A DNA stretch of 64,000 nt from positions 2,581 to 66,580 of the forward strand of contig JBEKAY010000017.1 of NCBI GenBank assembly GCA_050015675.1. The letters are read 5' to 3'. The notes below the pieces were generated by a model that was given only the letters and a program-made list of their open reading frames with translations, did no database searches and was not told where the DNA came from. The translations under genes and the position numbers were made by a program. Position 1 is the first letter of the stretch. Each line of letters begins with the position of its first letter. This document shows, one piece after another, positions 48,125-60,195 of the stretch. The DNA comes from Bacteroidota bacterium (GTDB lineage: Bacteria; Bacteroidota; Ignavibacteria; UBA10030).

Positions 48125-48140
48125 TTCCGAAATTTCTCTT
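48125..48140 (+). repeat. Direct repeat flanking the Y1-transposase-like gene (left copy)
   Basis: TTCCGAAATTTCTCTT here versus TTCCTGAAATTTCTCTT at 48801-48817. The 12-nt core GAAATTTCTCTT is perfect and contains the palindrome GAAATTTC. Confidence 0.7.
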
Positions 48141-48157
48141 CGTGGCGAGGGAAAACC

Positions 48158-48793
48158 ATGCCGTATCGAAAGGAGAGTTTCGACTTAAACGAGTTCTACT
48201 ATATTTTCAATCGTGGAAATAACAAAGATCCAATTTTCTTTGAACCTGAAAACTACGCTTTCTTCTTACGAATGTTCCTTAAATATTTTCCTTTGGCTAT
48301 TGCAGAAATACATGCTTTCTGTTTGATGCCGAATCATTATCATTTTCTCGTTCGATTCATCGAAGAAATTGACATATCTACTCGAATGAAATATTTTGGA
48401 ATTTCTTATGCGAAGGCAATAAATAATCGTTATGAAAGGACAGGACATCTTTTCGAGGGAAGATTCAAAATAAAGCATGTTGATTCGGACGAATATCTTC
48501 TTCATTTTTCTCGCTATATCCATTTGAATCCTTTCTTTGCGAAATTAGTTTATAAGGCGGAAGATTGGAAGTATTCAAGCTATCGGAAATATCTATCCGT
48601 AAAAGATTCCCGAAGTTTCTCATCAGATACGATAGGAAAACTTCGGGAATCTTCTATGTCGGATGATTTCGAAAGTTATGTTAACGCAGATGTAATCCTT
48701 TCACAGTTTAGTAGCTCGCTTGAGTACAAAGATTTTATTGAATCTTTTGCAGAAGAAAAGATGAAGGAAATTGAAGAATCGTTGTGGCGATAG
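48158..48793 (+). CDS. REP-associated tyrosine transposase-like protein (Y1/HUH, IS200-like fold)
   Basis: YYIFNRGNNKDPIFF...IHAFCLMPNHYHFLVR (HUH motif)...TGHLFEGRFK...SRYIHLNP...WKYSSY. This is the characteristic COG1943/RAYT pattern. Confidence 0.8.
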   Translation: MPYRKESFDLNEFYYIFNRGNNKDPIFFEPENYAFFLRMFLKYFPLAIAEIHAFCLMPNHYHFLVRFIEEIDISTRMKYFGISYAKAINNRYERTGHLFEGRFKIKHVDSDEYLLHFSRYIHLNPFFAKLVYKAEDWKYSSYRKYLSVKDSRSFSSDTIGKLRESSMSDDFESYVNADVILSQFSSSLEYKDFIESFAEEKMKEIEESLWR

Positions 48794-48800
48794 ATTGAGT

Positions 48801-48817
48801 TTCCTGAAATTTCTCTT
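48801..48817 (+). repeat. Direct repeat flanking the Y1-transposase-like gene (right copy)
   Basis: See 48125..48140. Confidence 0.7.
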
Positions 48818-48874
48818 GGTTATTATTCTGTAAAATTTTGAAAATCTATACCACAGAAAACTTTGAGAATCTCT

Positions 48875-49759
48875 CTACTTTCGCGATTCATTCAACAGCA
48901 TCAGGAGAGTTTTAGTGAAGTCGTACGACATTTTCAGAGATGCTGGAGCAACAAGATTTGAACGATCGTCCACCGTGTGCATGACACTAAGAACTTTTGG
49001 CGCATCGAGAGAATCAGGTTTATAACCGTTGTGCACGAACTTCCTTAACCGTTCGCCGTCGCCTTTCGGAACGATTGAAATGGCGATATCCTGCAAATTG
49101 AATTCTGCAAACGACTCATGATCCGAAGTGGGGAACTCTTCGCTCTCAAAGAATGGAAATCCTGTTTTTTTTGCCGCCTCATGAACATAGCGGATAAATG
49201 ATTGATTGTTCCTGCCAACCGGCCCAACAAATACTTCCTCGCCCGTGCCTTCAATATCTAAATTGATCATTGCAAAATGTTTTATAGGAATGATAAACTG
49301 ATAGATGTAATACATTGAACCCATCAATTTCGATTCTTCTTGATCGAAGAAACAGAAATCAACGGAGTAATTCCATTCCATACTCTGCAGATGCTGGATA
49401 AGAGCCAGTACAACAGCAACGCCGCTGCCATTATCGTTTGCGCCGGGTGAATCCTTGAACGCATCATAATGTGCACCGACAACAATACGTTTCGTCCCTT
49501 GCCCAAGGCGCACAATAATATTCTCGCCCGCAATTATTATCGTGTCTTTTTTAAAGTGTGGAATATTCTTAAATGGCGCCGTGACATACCCAACACCCAT
49601 CTTGTGCAGTTGTTCTTTGATGAACTCGCCGCGTTCGAGGTGCGTTCTGCCTTCGATGCCAAGAACGGAGGCGTACAGTTCGTCCTCTATTGGCATCTGC
49701 GCAATGACAAACGAAGACGCGAGAAGAGAAATACTCAGAAGAATCCTAAAACGTTTCAT
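48875..49759 (-). CDS. M28-family aminopeptidase
   Basis: Signal peptide. GAHYDAF...GANDNGSGVAVVLAL zinc-ligand context. Confidence 0.85.
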   Translation of the reverse strand: MKRFRILLSISLLASSFVIAQMPIEDELYASVLGIEGRTHLERGEFIKEQLHKMGVGYVTAPFKNIPHFKKDTIIIAGENIIVRLGQGTKRIVVGAHYDAFKDSPGANDNGSGVAVVLALIQHLQSMEWNYSVDFCFFDQEESKLMGSMYYIYQFIIPIKHFAMINLDIEGTGEEVFVGPVGRNNQSFIRYVHEAAKKTGFPFFESEEFPTSDHESFAEFNLQDIAISIVPKGDGERLRKFVHNGYKPDSLDAPKVLSVMHTVDDRSNLVAPASLKMSYDFTKTLLMLLNESRK

Positions 49760-49766
49760 ACGTTTC

Positions 49767-50999
49767 TCATGTATTCAATTTGATACGAAATGTAGTTTTA
49801 AATCCTGCATTGTTTTCTTTAAGGAAAAGCTTGCCGGCATGGTATGTTTCGATAATGCGTTTTGATAAACTTAATCCTAAACCCCACCCACGTTTTTTCG
49901 TAGAAAAGCCGGGGCGAAACACATCGTTCCGGTGTTTGAGTGTGATACCTTTGCCGGTGTCGGAAACATCAACGAATACATGCTTGTTATGTTCTGATAT
50001 GGAAAAAGCAATCGTTCCATCGCCGTTCTCAATTGCATCGAGCGCATTCTTTGTAAGATTCTCTATGACCCATTCGAACAACTCTCGGTTGATACGTGCG
50101 TGAACCGGTCCTTGTGATTCTATGACAAGATGGACTTTCTTGCCGGTTTGAGGAATCCGCCGTTGGAAGTATTCAGTTACTTTGCCAATCACTTCGGTAA
50201 GATTTTCTTCACGCAAGTCCGGTTTAGATCCGATTTTTGAAAATCGATCTGCGATTTTCTGAAGACGATGAAGATCACTTTCCATATCCAGCAATGTTTC
50301 CGTTGCTTTCTGGTCGCCTACAGATTGTTCTTTCAACAGTTCTACCCAGCCGAGCATACTGGATATCGGTGTGCCGAGTTGATGCGCGGTCTCTCTCGCC
50401 ATCCCGACCCAAATGTTGCTTTGCTCGCTTCGTCTGATATAACTGAAGCTGATATAACCGATAAGAATAAAAAGTGCGGCGACGGCAAGTTCAATATAAG
50501 GAAGCCAGCGGAGTTGGACTATGAGTGTCGATTCACCATAGTGGAGATAACTTAATATGATCGTATCCTGATATGCGACTTTGATGGGCAGATGAGAGCG
50601 GTCTAAATCAGCGACGATATTTTTCAAGAACTGGCGTTGTTCTTCACGGGAAAGAATAGAATTCAGCGAGATATTTTTAATGTTATTGTTATAGGGATAT
50701 ACGGGTTCGTTGTTTCGATCCGTCATGATGATCGGGAAATCAATTGTGTTGATGATTTCTGTGAAGAGAAAATTATAATCGCCGTCGCCCGTTTTGCCGT
50801 TTGCAATGTACTCCAATGATTTGGCATAAAGGTCTGCGACTTCTTTTTCTTTCTGGCTCAATGCATGAACAAGATCGTGTGTGTACCACAATGTACCGGC
50901 AATAATGACGAAGGCGAACGCCATCAAAAATATCTTCAATCGACCGGATAAAGAAACAGAGCCTGTCGTGGCAGATTTGATAAGCGAGGCTGTCTTCAT
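49767..50999 (-). CDS. Sensor histidine kinase (HisKA plus HATPase_c)
   Basis: Two TM segments. H-box ETAHQLGTPISS, N-box NALDAI, G-boxes DTGKGI and GWGLGLS. Confidence 0.85.
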   Translation of the reverse strand: MKTASLIKSATTGSVSLSGRLKIFLMAFAFVIIAGTLWYTHDLVHALSQKEKEVADLYAKSLEYIANGKTGDGDYNFLFTEIINTIDFPIIMTDRNNEPVYPYNNNIKNISLNSILSREEQRQFLKNIVADLDRSHLPIKVAYQDTIILSYLHYGESTLIVQLRWLPYIELAVAALFILIGYISFSYIRRSEQSNIWVGMARETAHQLGTPISSMLGWVELLKEQSVGDQKATETLLDMESDLHRLQKIADRFSKIGSKPDLREENLTEVIGKVTEYFQRRIPQTGKKVHLVIESQGPVHARINRELFEWVIENLTKNALDAIENGDGTIAFSISEHNKHVFVDVSDTGKGITLKHRNDVFRPGFSTKKRGWGLGLSLSKRIIETYHAGKLFLKENNAGFKTTFRIKLNT

Positions 51000-51014
51000 A
51001 TCGAATGAATGCTG

Positions 51015-52316
<1,302 letters not shown>

Positions 52317-52445
52317 TTAGAGATTTGAGATAATAGATTTAAAGAATAGTGAATTAGATGAAAACCTTTGTGTTCTCAGATGAATACTCCGGGCATTGAA
52401 AAATGATTACTGATAGCTATGTACCGATTTTTCACACGAAAGACA

Positions 52446-52482
52446 AGAAAAAAGCCGGTACAAGTTCCCTCTACCGGCTTTT
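52446..52482 (-). terminator. Intrinsic terminator (bidirectional appearance) downstream of the BNR/T9SS gene
   Basis: A6, then AGCCGGTA, an 11-nt loop, TACCGGCT, then T5. Confidence 0.6.
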
Positions 52483-52499
52483 TGAAAAGTATTAATTAG

Positions 52500-54011
52500 T
52501 CACTTTATGAGCGTAAGTTTGCGAACAGCGTCAAAAGTACCTGCTTGTAAACGGTAGAAGTACACTCCGCTTGGCAATGATGAAGCATCGAGTGTAACTG
52601 TATGAGTGCCGCTGTGGTATTCGCCAGATGCGAGGGTCTTTACCTCGCGTCCAAGAACATCGAACAACTTCAGGCTCACAATACTCTGGCAAGTGAGTGA
52701 AAAGCTAATCTGTGTTGTCGGGTTGAATGGATTCGGATAATTTTGATTCAACGCAAATTGATTTGGTGCCGAGTTATTGATTCTTGCAACTCCGACCGCT
52801 GGGGCAGTAGGTATTGCCATCTTGCGGTAAAAGATTTCACCATATCCAGTAGAAATATCAGTCCAAGCAATACCGATATTAGAATTGTCTATAAGGACGG
52901 AAGAGATGCCAAAACTCGATGCTAATGTTCCTGTTGCCGTATTTAAGGTTGGATTAACACGCGTTGTATCAGACCATGTTTTTCCATCGAGACTTGAACT
53001 GAGATATAGATTAGGAGATACATATTTGGTTTGGACGAGGGTCTTTGTACTAGTTAAATGCAAATCATAAATTGAGTATTCCGTTGCACCAAGTGTATCA
53101 ATGGTCGACCAAGTGCCGCCATAATCTGTTGACTTTAACAGTATGGTGCCTTGGTTAATCATATCATTACCGGGAAATATACCCATATGCATTATCCAGA
53201 AACCATATGAAAGATACATTGTTCCATCTGATGATCCTACAAGTTTCGTACTGCTTATTCGTCCACCCACGCTTACGTGCAGAATTTTTTTTGGCGAACC
53301 GAAAGAAACTCCTCCATCTGATGATCGGATGAAGTATAATGATGTATCGGTTGAATATGAAATAAATAAATTGTCTGTACCTGAAATAGTTAAGGGTTTT
53401 AATGATAAACCTGATGCGGGATGACTTATATCTCCGATAGGCACTAGTGATTTAGTTCCAAATGATGCGCCGCCATTTACTGATTTTGCCATATAAATTC
53501 TATTAGTATCATCCTGATTTCTCCAAAAATAATATAAATAATCGTTATCACTCTGCTCAAGAATAACATTATCGTAATAAAGAGAAATAGGTGAATATCC
53601 GGATGTGACTTTATCAAGGATATTGTAGGGTGACCATGTCGTTCCGCCGTCTCCGCTCGTAACATACTCAATACGATATCCTTCGTTACCGGAAAATGAT
53701 TCAAAATTTATATACGCAATGATAGCCATGTTCCCATTTCCACGCATCACTGTGTTGATGAGGTAAACATTGTTCATTGATGAAGGATGAACAGCGCTGC
53801 TTGTTGGAATTGGTGCTGCAGGTCCTGTAACAGGAAAAGTATAGAACAAAAAATTTATATTTGGGATAATTCGTGCTGTAGACCCCTGTATATCAAGAAT
53901 GGGTTGGCCCAGAGATTCTTTTTCCTGAACATTTGTCACTTGATAATTTTGGCATAACAACCATGAAACGAGCATTATGTTAGAAATTAATATGGTTACT
54001 AAACGTTTCAT
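52500..54011 (-). CDS. Secreted BNR/Asp-box repeat protein with T9SS C-terminal sorting domain
   Basis: I prefer ATG 54011 (AAGGAG upstream, MKRLVTILISNIML). Asp-boxes are SGDGGTTW, SVNGGASF, SSDGGVSF, STDYGGTW and SLDGKTW. The C-terminal sorting domain reads YPNPFNPTT...GVYFYRLQAGTF...KLTLIK. Confidence 0.8.
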   Translation of the reverse strand: MKRLVTILISNIMLVSWLLCQNYQVTNVQEKESLGQPILDIQGSTARIIPNINFLFYTFPVTGPAAPIPTSSAVHPSSMNNVYLINTVMRGNGNMAIIAYINFESFSGNEGYRIEYVTSGDGGTTWSPYNILDKVTSGYSPISLYYDNVILEQSDNDYLYYFWRNQDDTNRIYMAKSVNGGASFGTKSLVPIGDISHPASGLSLKPLTISGTDNLFISYSTDTSLYFIRSSDGGVSFGSPKKILHVSVGGRISSTKLVGSSDGTMYLSYGFWIMHMGIFPGNDMINQGTILLKSTDYGGTWSTIDTLGATEYSIYDLHLTSTKTLVQTKYVSPNLYLSSSLDGKTWSDTTRVNPTLNTATGTLASSFGISSVLIDNSNIGIAWTDISTGYGEIFYRKMAIPTAPAVGVARINNSAPNQFALNQNYPNPFNPTTQISFSLTCQSIVSLKLFDVLGREVKTLASGEYHSGTHTVTLDASSLPSGVYFYRLQAGTFDAVRKLTLIK

Positions 54012-54167
54012 AATGTTCTCCTTTGTATTATGTGGGTGAAATAATTCGATTACGCATCCACCATTATTTTTGTACTTCAATATTAATATTATTACAGAAT
54101 AATAAAAGCGATGGTGGTCACAATTTGATTTCTTTCAAGAATATTTTTGTTTTTGGAAAATATCAAT

Positions 54168-54713
54168 TTACCATCTTTCCTGATGTATCTTTTCGGGATT
54201 AAATTTTTCCTTAGGTTTGTCTTCACCTGTCGGATGACCGATGGGAATGACATTTAACGAAATGATATTTTCTGGAATATTCAAAATTGTTTTCACGGAT
54301 TTCATTCTGTCGGGATACGGATATGCCGCCGTCCATATTGCGCCGAGCCCAATTGCTTCTGCGGCAAGTAAAATATTTTGACTGGCCAGTGTAGAATCGA
54401 TTACAGTATACTCTTCCATCTGCTTGTGCGCTTTTGCGGGCACTCCGCATACTATGATTGCAGCTCCAGCTTTGAAAATCATCTTTGCGAACGGAAGCGC
54501 ATCGCTAAGTGCATCCAGCGTTTTCCGATTGGTTACAATAATAAACTCCCACGGTTGGCAGTTAACTGCGCTTGGTGCTGCCATTGCGGCTTTTAATAGC
54601 ATATCAATTTCAATCTGTGCTACGGATTCACCGGTGAAATTTCGTACGCTTTTGCGATTGTGAATAACGGAGATCGCATCAGGATATTTTGTTTGTTTCA
54701 TATGCATCTTCAT
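54168..54713 (-). CDS. Nitroreductase family protein
   Basis: RKSVRNFTGE and PSAVNCQPWEFIIV motifs. Confidence 0.85.
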   Translation of the reverse strand: MKMHMKQTKYPDAISVIHNRKSVRNFTGESVAQIEIDMLLKAAMAAPSAVNCQPWEFIIVTNRKTLDALSDALPFAKMIFKAGAAIIVCGVPAKAHKQMEEYTVIDSTLASQNILLAAEAIGLGAIWTAAYPYPDRMKSVKTILNIPENIISLNVIPIGHPTGEDKPKEKFNPEKIHQERW

Positions 54714-54740
54714 AGGAACCTGATAGTATGTTTAGCCACT

Positions 54741-56021
54741 CTAGGCTGATTGTTGGTTATTATATTTCGTTTCGATGTCTTTCTTCTTTCCCCTGAACAA
54801 ATTCCATAGAAACTCCAGCCCAGCACCGGCCAGTGGTATCAATACTATTTTCATCATCGTCTGATGCCGGGGTAAGGTGAAGAAGAGCAAAGCAATAACG
54901 GTGGAATATACTAGAAAGAGATAAAGATATTTATGTCGATGCCAGGAAAACGTTACCAGAAGTCCAATGATTGAAAAAATAAAAAAACCTCCTGAAAATA
55001 GTTGGAACAAGTAATTATTCGAACGTTCTTGGAGTGGGCTGAAAATCCAAAGGTGAAAAAGTTTAGTCGGGATGTTGGATAACGCTTGCCACGGATGCGA
55101 TTGAATGAAATTGAACGCTTGTTGTCGATAAAGATGATCCAGTCGAACTTCAAACGTGCGATCTTGAGGGAGTGCAAGGGCCTCTCTTTTTATATCTTCA
55201 TCGCCCCAGGTGCCGATTTCATCAGGATTGTTCCCGCGATAAAAGTTCAAACCAAAACCCGTGCTAAAAGGAACAAATGTACCAAACACATGATAATTGC
55301 GTATTGTCCAGGGAGACAAAAGGGAGATCGTGACAAGGAGTACTATTCCGGTATCTTTCCATCGATGTAAAAATATCTGAAGAAGCAAAAATAATATCAC
55401 AAAGAGAAAAAATTCCCAGCGCAGGTATGAAAGGAAAACAAAAACTACAGATAGTTGTATGATTTTTGTATACGTACTTTTTTTTATGATGGAGTACAGC
55501 AGGAATAACATAGCAATAACGGCACAATGATAAAATACCGTTGGCGTGAATGAAATAACAGAGTAAGCGAAGTCCGGAAGAATGCCTGCGATAACACCGG
55601 ATAAGAGTGCAGCCCGTTCAGAGAAGTATTTCACTGTGAATTTGTATATGAGAACAATAGTGAGAAGGGAAAAAATTAATTGAATACATATGATAAAAAC
55701 ATTACTGAGCAGGACATTGCCTATCATTATAAAGGGAAGCAAGAAGCCGACGTACCCCGGCGCCATAAGAGCCGAATGGAATGGCGTTATACTGGAATTG
55801 AAATGCAACGATAGTTCGTTGTTTGAAATGTAGTAGAGAGAATAGCCGTGTCCGGTTAAAATGTTCTTGGCAATTTCTCCATACTCCCAATAGAAGTCTG
55901 TACTAAAGTTTCCTCTTACAAAGACAACGATGAGTCTTACGGCACAAGCGATAATCAGGATCGCAAGCAATGGCTTTGGAATATTGAAGAATACCTTTTG
56001 TTTTATCTGAGTATAATTCAT
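54741..56021 (-). CDS. Polytopic membrane protein, ArnT/PMT (GT39/GT83)-like glycosyltransferase
   Basis: About 11 hydrophobic helices. The N-terminal loop DFYWEYGEIAKNILTGHGYSL resembles the ArnT/PMT family loop. This is a weak call. Confidence 0.5.
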   Translation of the reverse strand: MNYTQIKQKVFFNIPKPLLAILIIACAVRLIVVFVRGNFSTDFYWEYGEIAKNILTGHGYSLYYISNNELSLHFNSSITPFHSALMAPGYVGFLLPFIMIGNVLLSNVFIICIQLIFSLLTIVLIYKFTVKYFSERAALLSGVIAGILPDFAYSVISFTPTVFYHCAVIAMLFLLYSIIKKSTYTKIIQLSVVFVFLSYLRWEFFLFVILFLLLQIFLHRWKDTGIVLLVTISLLSPWTIRNYHVFGTFVPFSTGFGLNFYRGNNPDEIGTWGDEDIKREALALPQDRTFEVRLDHLYRQQAFNFIQSHPWQALSNIPTKLFHLWIFSPLQERSNNYLFQLFSGGFFIFSIIGLLVTFSWHRHKYLYLFLVYSTVIALLFFTLPRHQTMMKIVLIPLAGAGLEFLWNLFRGKKKDIETKYNNQQSA

Positions 56022-56151
56022 TGGTTATACGTACTACAAGAAGAGTAAGCAATTATCAAGAGTGATATATTGTTACTTTGCCTTTCAGTCCATTAACGCC
56101 TATATTTATTTCACGAATGAACATAATCCTTTAAGATTAAAGGAGCAAGTC

Positions 56152-57423
56152 TTGGATAAATTTGTCATCAACGGCGGGAAATTTCTGAGCGGCACAGTCA
56201 CTATTGGCGGCGCGAAGAATGCTTCATTGGCGTTGATGCCCGCAACAATTCTTGCAAGCGGCACTTCTCATCTTTCCAACACGCCAGACCTGCGCGATAT
56301 AACGACGATGAGCCGTTTGCTTGAGACAATGGGTATTCAGGTCTCGTCGATCAAACAGATAATGACTATCGATACAACAACGATCAACAATTATGAAGCG
56401 CCGTACGAACACGTGAAGAAAATGCGTGCGTCCATTTATGTGTTGGGTCCACTGGTGGCAAGATTCGGTCAAGCGAAAGTTTCACTTCCCGGCGGCTGCG
56501 CGTGGGGACCGCGTCCGGTAAATTTGCATGTCGAAGGAATCCGCAGACTTGGAGCCGAGATTGGTCTTGAAGCAGGATATATCATAGCGAAAGCAAAACG
56601 CTTGCATGGTGCACGGATTCTTTTTGATGTTTCCAGTGTTGGTGCAACGGGCAATGTCATGATGGCGGCGGTGCTTGCAAAAGGTACGACACTTATTGAG
56701 AATGCAGCACAGGAACCGGAAATTGTTCAACTTGCAGAATTTTTATTGAAAATGGGCGCGAAGATTCATGGTGTTGGTACAGGGCATTTAGAAATTGAAG
56801 GTGTTGATGAATTGCATCCCGCAGATATTGCAACAATTCCAGATCGCATCGAAGCCGGAACATTTCTCATTGCCGGTGCGATAGCGGGGAAGCGAGGCAG
56901 TGTTGTGCGGCTGGAGAAATGCAATCCGCATCATATCGGTGCTTTAATAATTAAGTTGGAAGATGCCGGAGCAAAAGTCAATACTGGTGTTGATTGGATA
57001 GAACTGTCTCCGCCGGAAAGAATTGCACCTATTAATGTAACGACTGCGATTTATCCCGGCTTCCCAACCGATATGCAGGCACAATGGATTGCGTTGATGT
57101 TGTTGGCAGGCGGCACGAGCATAATAAAAGACACAGTGTATTTTGACCGCTTCATGCATGTACCCGAACTTGTTCGGCTTGGCGCAAACATCACCGTGAA
57201 AGAGAATATTGCTACAGTTGTCGGTGTGAAGAAATTAGCTGGAGCGAAAGTAATGTCCACCGATCTACGTGCGAGCGCATCGCTCATTCTCGCCGGGCTT
57301 GTTGCGGAAGGAACAACGGAAGTTCTCCGCGTGTACCACATTGATCGTGGATACGAATCGATGGAGAAGAAACTCCAGGCACTTGGTGCCGATATTCGCC
57401 GTGAACAAGGCGAGGAATTCTAA
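56152..57423 (+). CDS. murA: UDP-N-acetylglucosamine 1-carboxyvinyltransferase
   Basis: I prefer TTG 56152 (AGGAG 6 nt upstream), which gives [24 protein letters not shown]. The active-site cysteine context is [15 protein letters not shown]. Confidence 0.9.
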   Translation: MDKFVINGGKFLSGTVTIGGAKNASLALMPATILASGTSHLSNTPDLRDITTMSRLLETMGIQVSSIKQIMTIDTTTINNYEAPYEHVKKMRASIYVLGPLVARFGQAKVSLPGGCAWGPRPVNLHVEGIRRLGAEIGLEAGYIIAKAKRLHGARILFDVSSVGATGNVMMAAVLAKGTTLIENAAQEPEIVQLAEFLLKMGAKIHGVGTGHLEIEGVDELHPADIATIPDRIEAGTFLIAGAIAGKRGSVVRLEKCNPHHIGALIIKLEDAGAKVNTGVDWIELSPPERIAPINVTTAIYPGFPTDMQAQWIALMLLAGGTSIIKDTVYFDRFMHVPELVRLGANITVKENIATVVGVKKLAGAKVMSTDLRASASLILAGLVAEGTTEVLRVYHIDRGYESMEKKLQALGADIRREQGEEF

Positions 57424-57456
57424 ATACCGAATGAAACTTTCCGAAAGTTCTCGCGT

Positions 57457-59742
57457 TTGAACGAAGAAAACTTTCGGAAGGTAATCCAGACCATGCAAAC
57501 CCGCACATTGCAAATTTCTACGTTTGTCCTTGTTCTCTTTGCCATCGTCTGCACATGTATTCCGCTTTTTAATTATTTGGGATTTGAATTTTCTGCAATC
57601 ACGGTTCTGCTTGCCGGATATATTTCCGGAATTCTAACACTTGCACTTTGGAAACAAACCAATCCCGAATGTAAATCGGATGTCTGGAGATTTATCGGCA
57701 GGAGTGCTGCCGCCTCATCTATTCTTCTTCTTATTCCATTTATCATTTTATTAGCGAATGCATTGTTTGTGAAGAATTGTTCTATTGGTGATGGTGCAAA
57801 GCTTTACGCATTAATAGTAATTCCGGGAGTATTCTTTTCCATCTCACTTGCTTTCTTAGTTGGAGTTGTGTTCGGAAGATGGCGCAAAACTATTTTCACA
57901 GTAATCTACATTCTCGTTCTTTTCCATATTCCATTTGTTACTCTTATGCGTCCGCAAGTATTTGCTTTCAATCCGATCATAGGATTCTTTCCCGGCTTCA
58001 CGTACGACGAAACGCTTCAGGTTACTCAGCGGTTATTGACGTACCGTTTAGCAACACTTGCCGCCGCTGGATGTTTTGCGGCCGGAGCTGTTTGGTTGTG
58101 GCAGATACGTCAGAATAAAAAGGAAATAGCTTATTCAACACGATCGGTTCTTCCTATCGTTGAACTCATCCTCCTTGCATTGCTTCTCCCGGTTGTAGTG
58201 ATTGTTTTTACGTTGAGCGATCGTCTTGGATTTTCTTCGTCTGAAAATTTTATCCGGCAGAAACTTGCCGGTAATTATAAGACAGCGCATTTTGAAATCA
58301 TTTATTCAGCAGGAAGTATCAAACGCGAGCGCATCGAACAGATTGGGATGCTGCATGAATTTTACTTTGATAAGCTTTCGCGTGAAATGAATCTTCATTC
58401 GCAAGAGCGTATTGTTTCGTTTCTCTATGCTTCGCCTGAACAAAAAGGACGGCTTATCGGTGCAGTTCATACTGACCTCACGAAGCCATGGTTGAGGCAA
58501 ATGCATATCAATCTTGCGAATGTCGAATTGGCATTGAAACATGAAATGGTGCACGTGCTTTCGGCGGAGTTTGGGTGGTCGCCTTTGAAAATTGCGCCGA
58601 ATTCTGGATTGGTTGAAGGAATTGCAATGGCAATGGGGCGGACTTCTCAGATAGAGGAACCGCTTGATCGTGCGGCGGCGATGGTGTTTGCTTCCGGTGT
58701 ACACCCAAATCTTGAATCACTTTTCACGTTTACCGGTTTCATTCAAGCTAATCCATCCATTAGTTACACGCTAGCCGGATCGTTTTGCCGGTTTCTTATA
58801 GACTCGTTTGGCATAGATCAATTCAAGCAATTATATGCAAGTGGTGATTTCAAGAATACCTATCAACGGGATTTGAAATCGTTGCTCATGGAGTGGCAAA
58901 CTTCTGTTAAAAATATTCATCTCGATTATGCAGACAGCATGAAAGCTACGTACTTTTTCCGACGTCCATCCATTTTTGGAAAAGAATGTGCGCGTGTCAT
59001 TGCAAACTTGAACACTGAAACGAGAGAACACCTTATCCATCATGATTTTGAAAAAGCATTACTATCTGCAGAACAATCTTTGAGGATGAGCGAGACACCA
59101 GAAGCCGTTTTTCAGAAAGCTGCTGCTTTATTCGAGATGAGGCGATTTAAGAATTACATCGAGTTTGTCGACGTTCAACTTCGTGACACAACAATTGGCT
59201 ATGCTCTTTTACCGCTTCATCTTCGGCTCGGCGACGCATACTGGGGATTGGATTCTCTCGCTCAAGCGAGAAGTGAATACGAGGCGATGGCTGGTATTCG
59301 TTTCAATGTTTCAAACGATGAAGCGTGTACGCTTCGGTTGGAAGCGTTAAAAAATCCACAGGAAAGGAGCGAGCTTCAAGTCTATTTCACATACTCACTG
59401 GAAGACACAATACGCATTGCGCGGCTGGAACGATTGAAATGTCCGATCGCGCGTTACCTGCTCGCGCGCGAGTATGCCGCGAAAGAACGCTTTGCTGAAA
59501 GTGCACGAATCTTGGAGTCGGTTGGATCTATGGAGTCAAAAACACTCGAGTTTTTCCGGCTGCGCCGGTTAGGAAAAGTTCTGTTCGAGTTGCAAGAATT
59601 TGAAAAAGCGAAGGCCGTGTTTGCGCAATCGCTTTCGATAGTTCCGAACAGGTTCCTTCAATTAGAAATGAATGAATGGATTGAACGATGTGAGTTCGGA
59701 TTAAAGCCACCTTCGGAAGGTTCTCAGAGCTCAATCAAATGA
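57457..59742 (+). CDS. Polytopic membrane protein with HExxH metallopeptidase-like and TPR-like C-terminal region
   Basis: 761 aa. About 8 N-terminal TM helices. HEMVHV at about residue 360. The C-terminal third is helical-repeat. The start is uncertain (TTG 57457 or ATG 57493). Confidence 0.65.
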   Translation: MNEENFRKVIQTMQTRTLQISTFVLVLFAIVCTCIPLFNYLGFEFSAITVLLAGYISGILTLALWKQTNPECKSDVWRFIGRSAAASSILLLIPFIILLANALFVKNCSIGDGAKLYALIVIPGVFFSISLAFLVGVVFGRWRKTIFTVIYILVLFHIPFVTLMRPQVFAFNPIIGFFPGFTYDETLQVTQRLLTYRLATLAAAGCFAAGAVWLWQIRQNKKEIAYSTRSVLPIVELILLALLLPVVVIVFTLSDRLGFSSSENFIRQKLAGNYKTAHFEIIYSAGSIKRERIEQIGMLHEFYFDKLSREMNLHSQERIVSFLYASPEQKGRLIGAVHTDLTKPWLRQMHINLANVELALKHEMVHVLSAEFGWSPLKIAPNSGLVEGIAMAMGRTSQIEEPLDRAAAMVFASGVHPNLESLFTFTGFIQANPSISYTLAGSFCRFLIDSFGIDQFKQLYASGDFKNTYQRDLKSLLMEWQTSVKNIHLDYADSMKATYFFRRPSIFGKECARVIANLNTETREHLIHHDFEKALLSAEQSLRMSETPEAVFQKAAALFEMRRFKNYIEFVDVQLRDTTIGYALLPLHLRLGDAYWGLDSLAQARSEYEAMAGIRFNVSNDEACTLRLEALKNPQERSELQVYFTYSLEDTIRIARLERLKCPIARYLLAREYAAKERFAESARILESVGSMESKTLEFFRLRRLGKVLFELQEFEKAKAVFAQSLSIVPNRFLQLEMNEWIERCEFGLKPPSEGSQSSIK

Positions 59743-59790
59743 TACCTTCCGAAGGTTATACGCAGTGGAAATAGTAAACGAGGAGACACT

Positions 59791-60000
59791 ATGGAATGCA
59801 ATAAACCAAAGAACATAAAGAGATGCAATTGCAGTTATGAGCCGTGTTCACGCAAGGGAACATGCTGCGAATGCATCCAGTACCATCTGCGTATGCAAGA
59901 ATTACCGGCATGTTGTTTTCCGAATGACATTGAGCAAACGTACGATCGTAGCTTTCAGACATTTGCGAAAGCTGTAGTAAGCGGGAAGATACAGGATTGA
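59791..60000 (+). CDS. Small cysteine-rich protein (DUF6485-like, from memory)
   Basis: 69 aa with 9 Cys: [30 protein letters not shown]...ACCF. GAGGAG lies upstream. Confidence 0.55.
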   Translation: MECNKPKNIKRCNCSYEPCSRKGTCCECIQYHLRMQELPACCFPNDIEQTYDRSFQTFAKAVVSGKIQD

Positions 60001-60195
60001 TGACGTCTGACATTTCTCAGAGGTAGAGTATGTCTGATGTCTAAAAGGGGCATGAACCTTCAGTATTCTTGCCCGTCCGTTCTATGTATTCTTGTTTTTT
60101 AATTCTTAGCTTCTATATTATATCCATGCACTATTGAAATGCAGATAAAGATTATCGTAATTTGAGATGAGAGATATAAATAACCCCTTTTTTTC

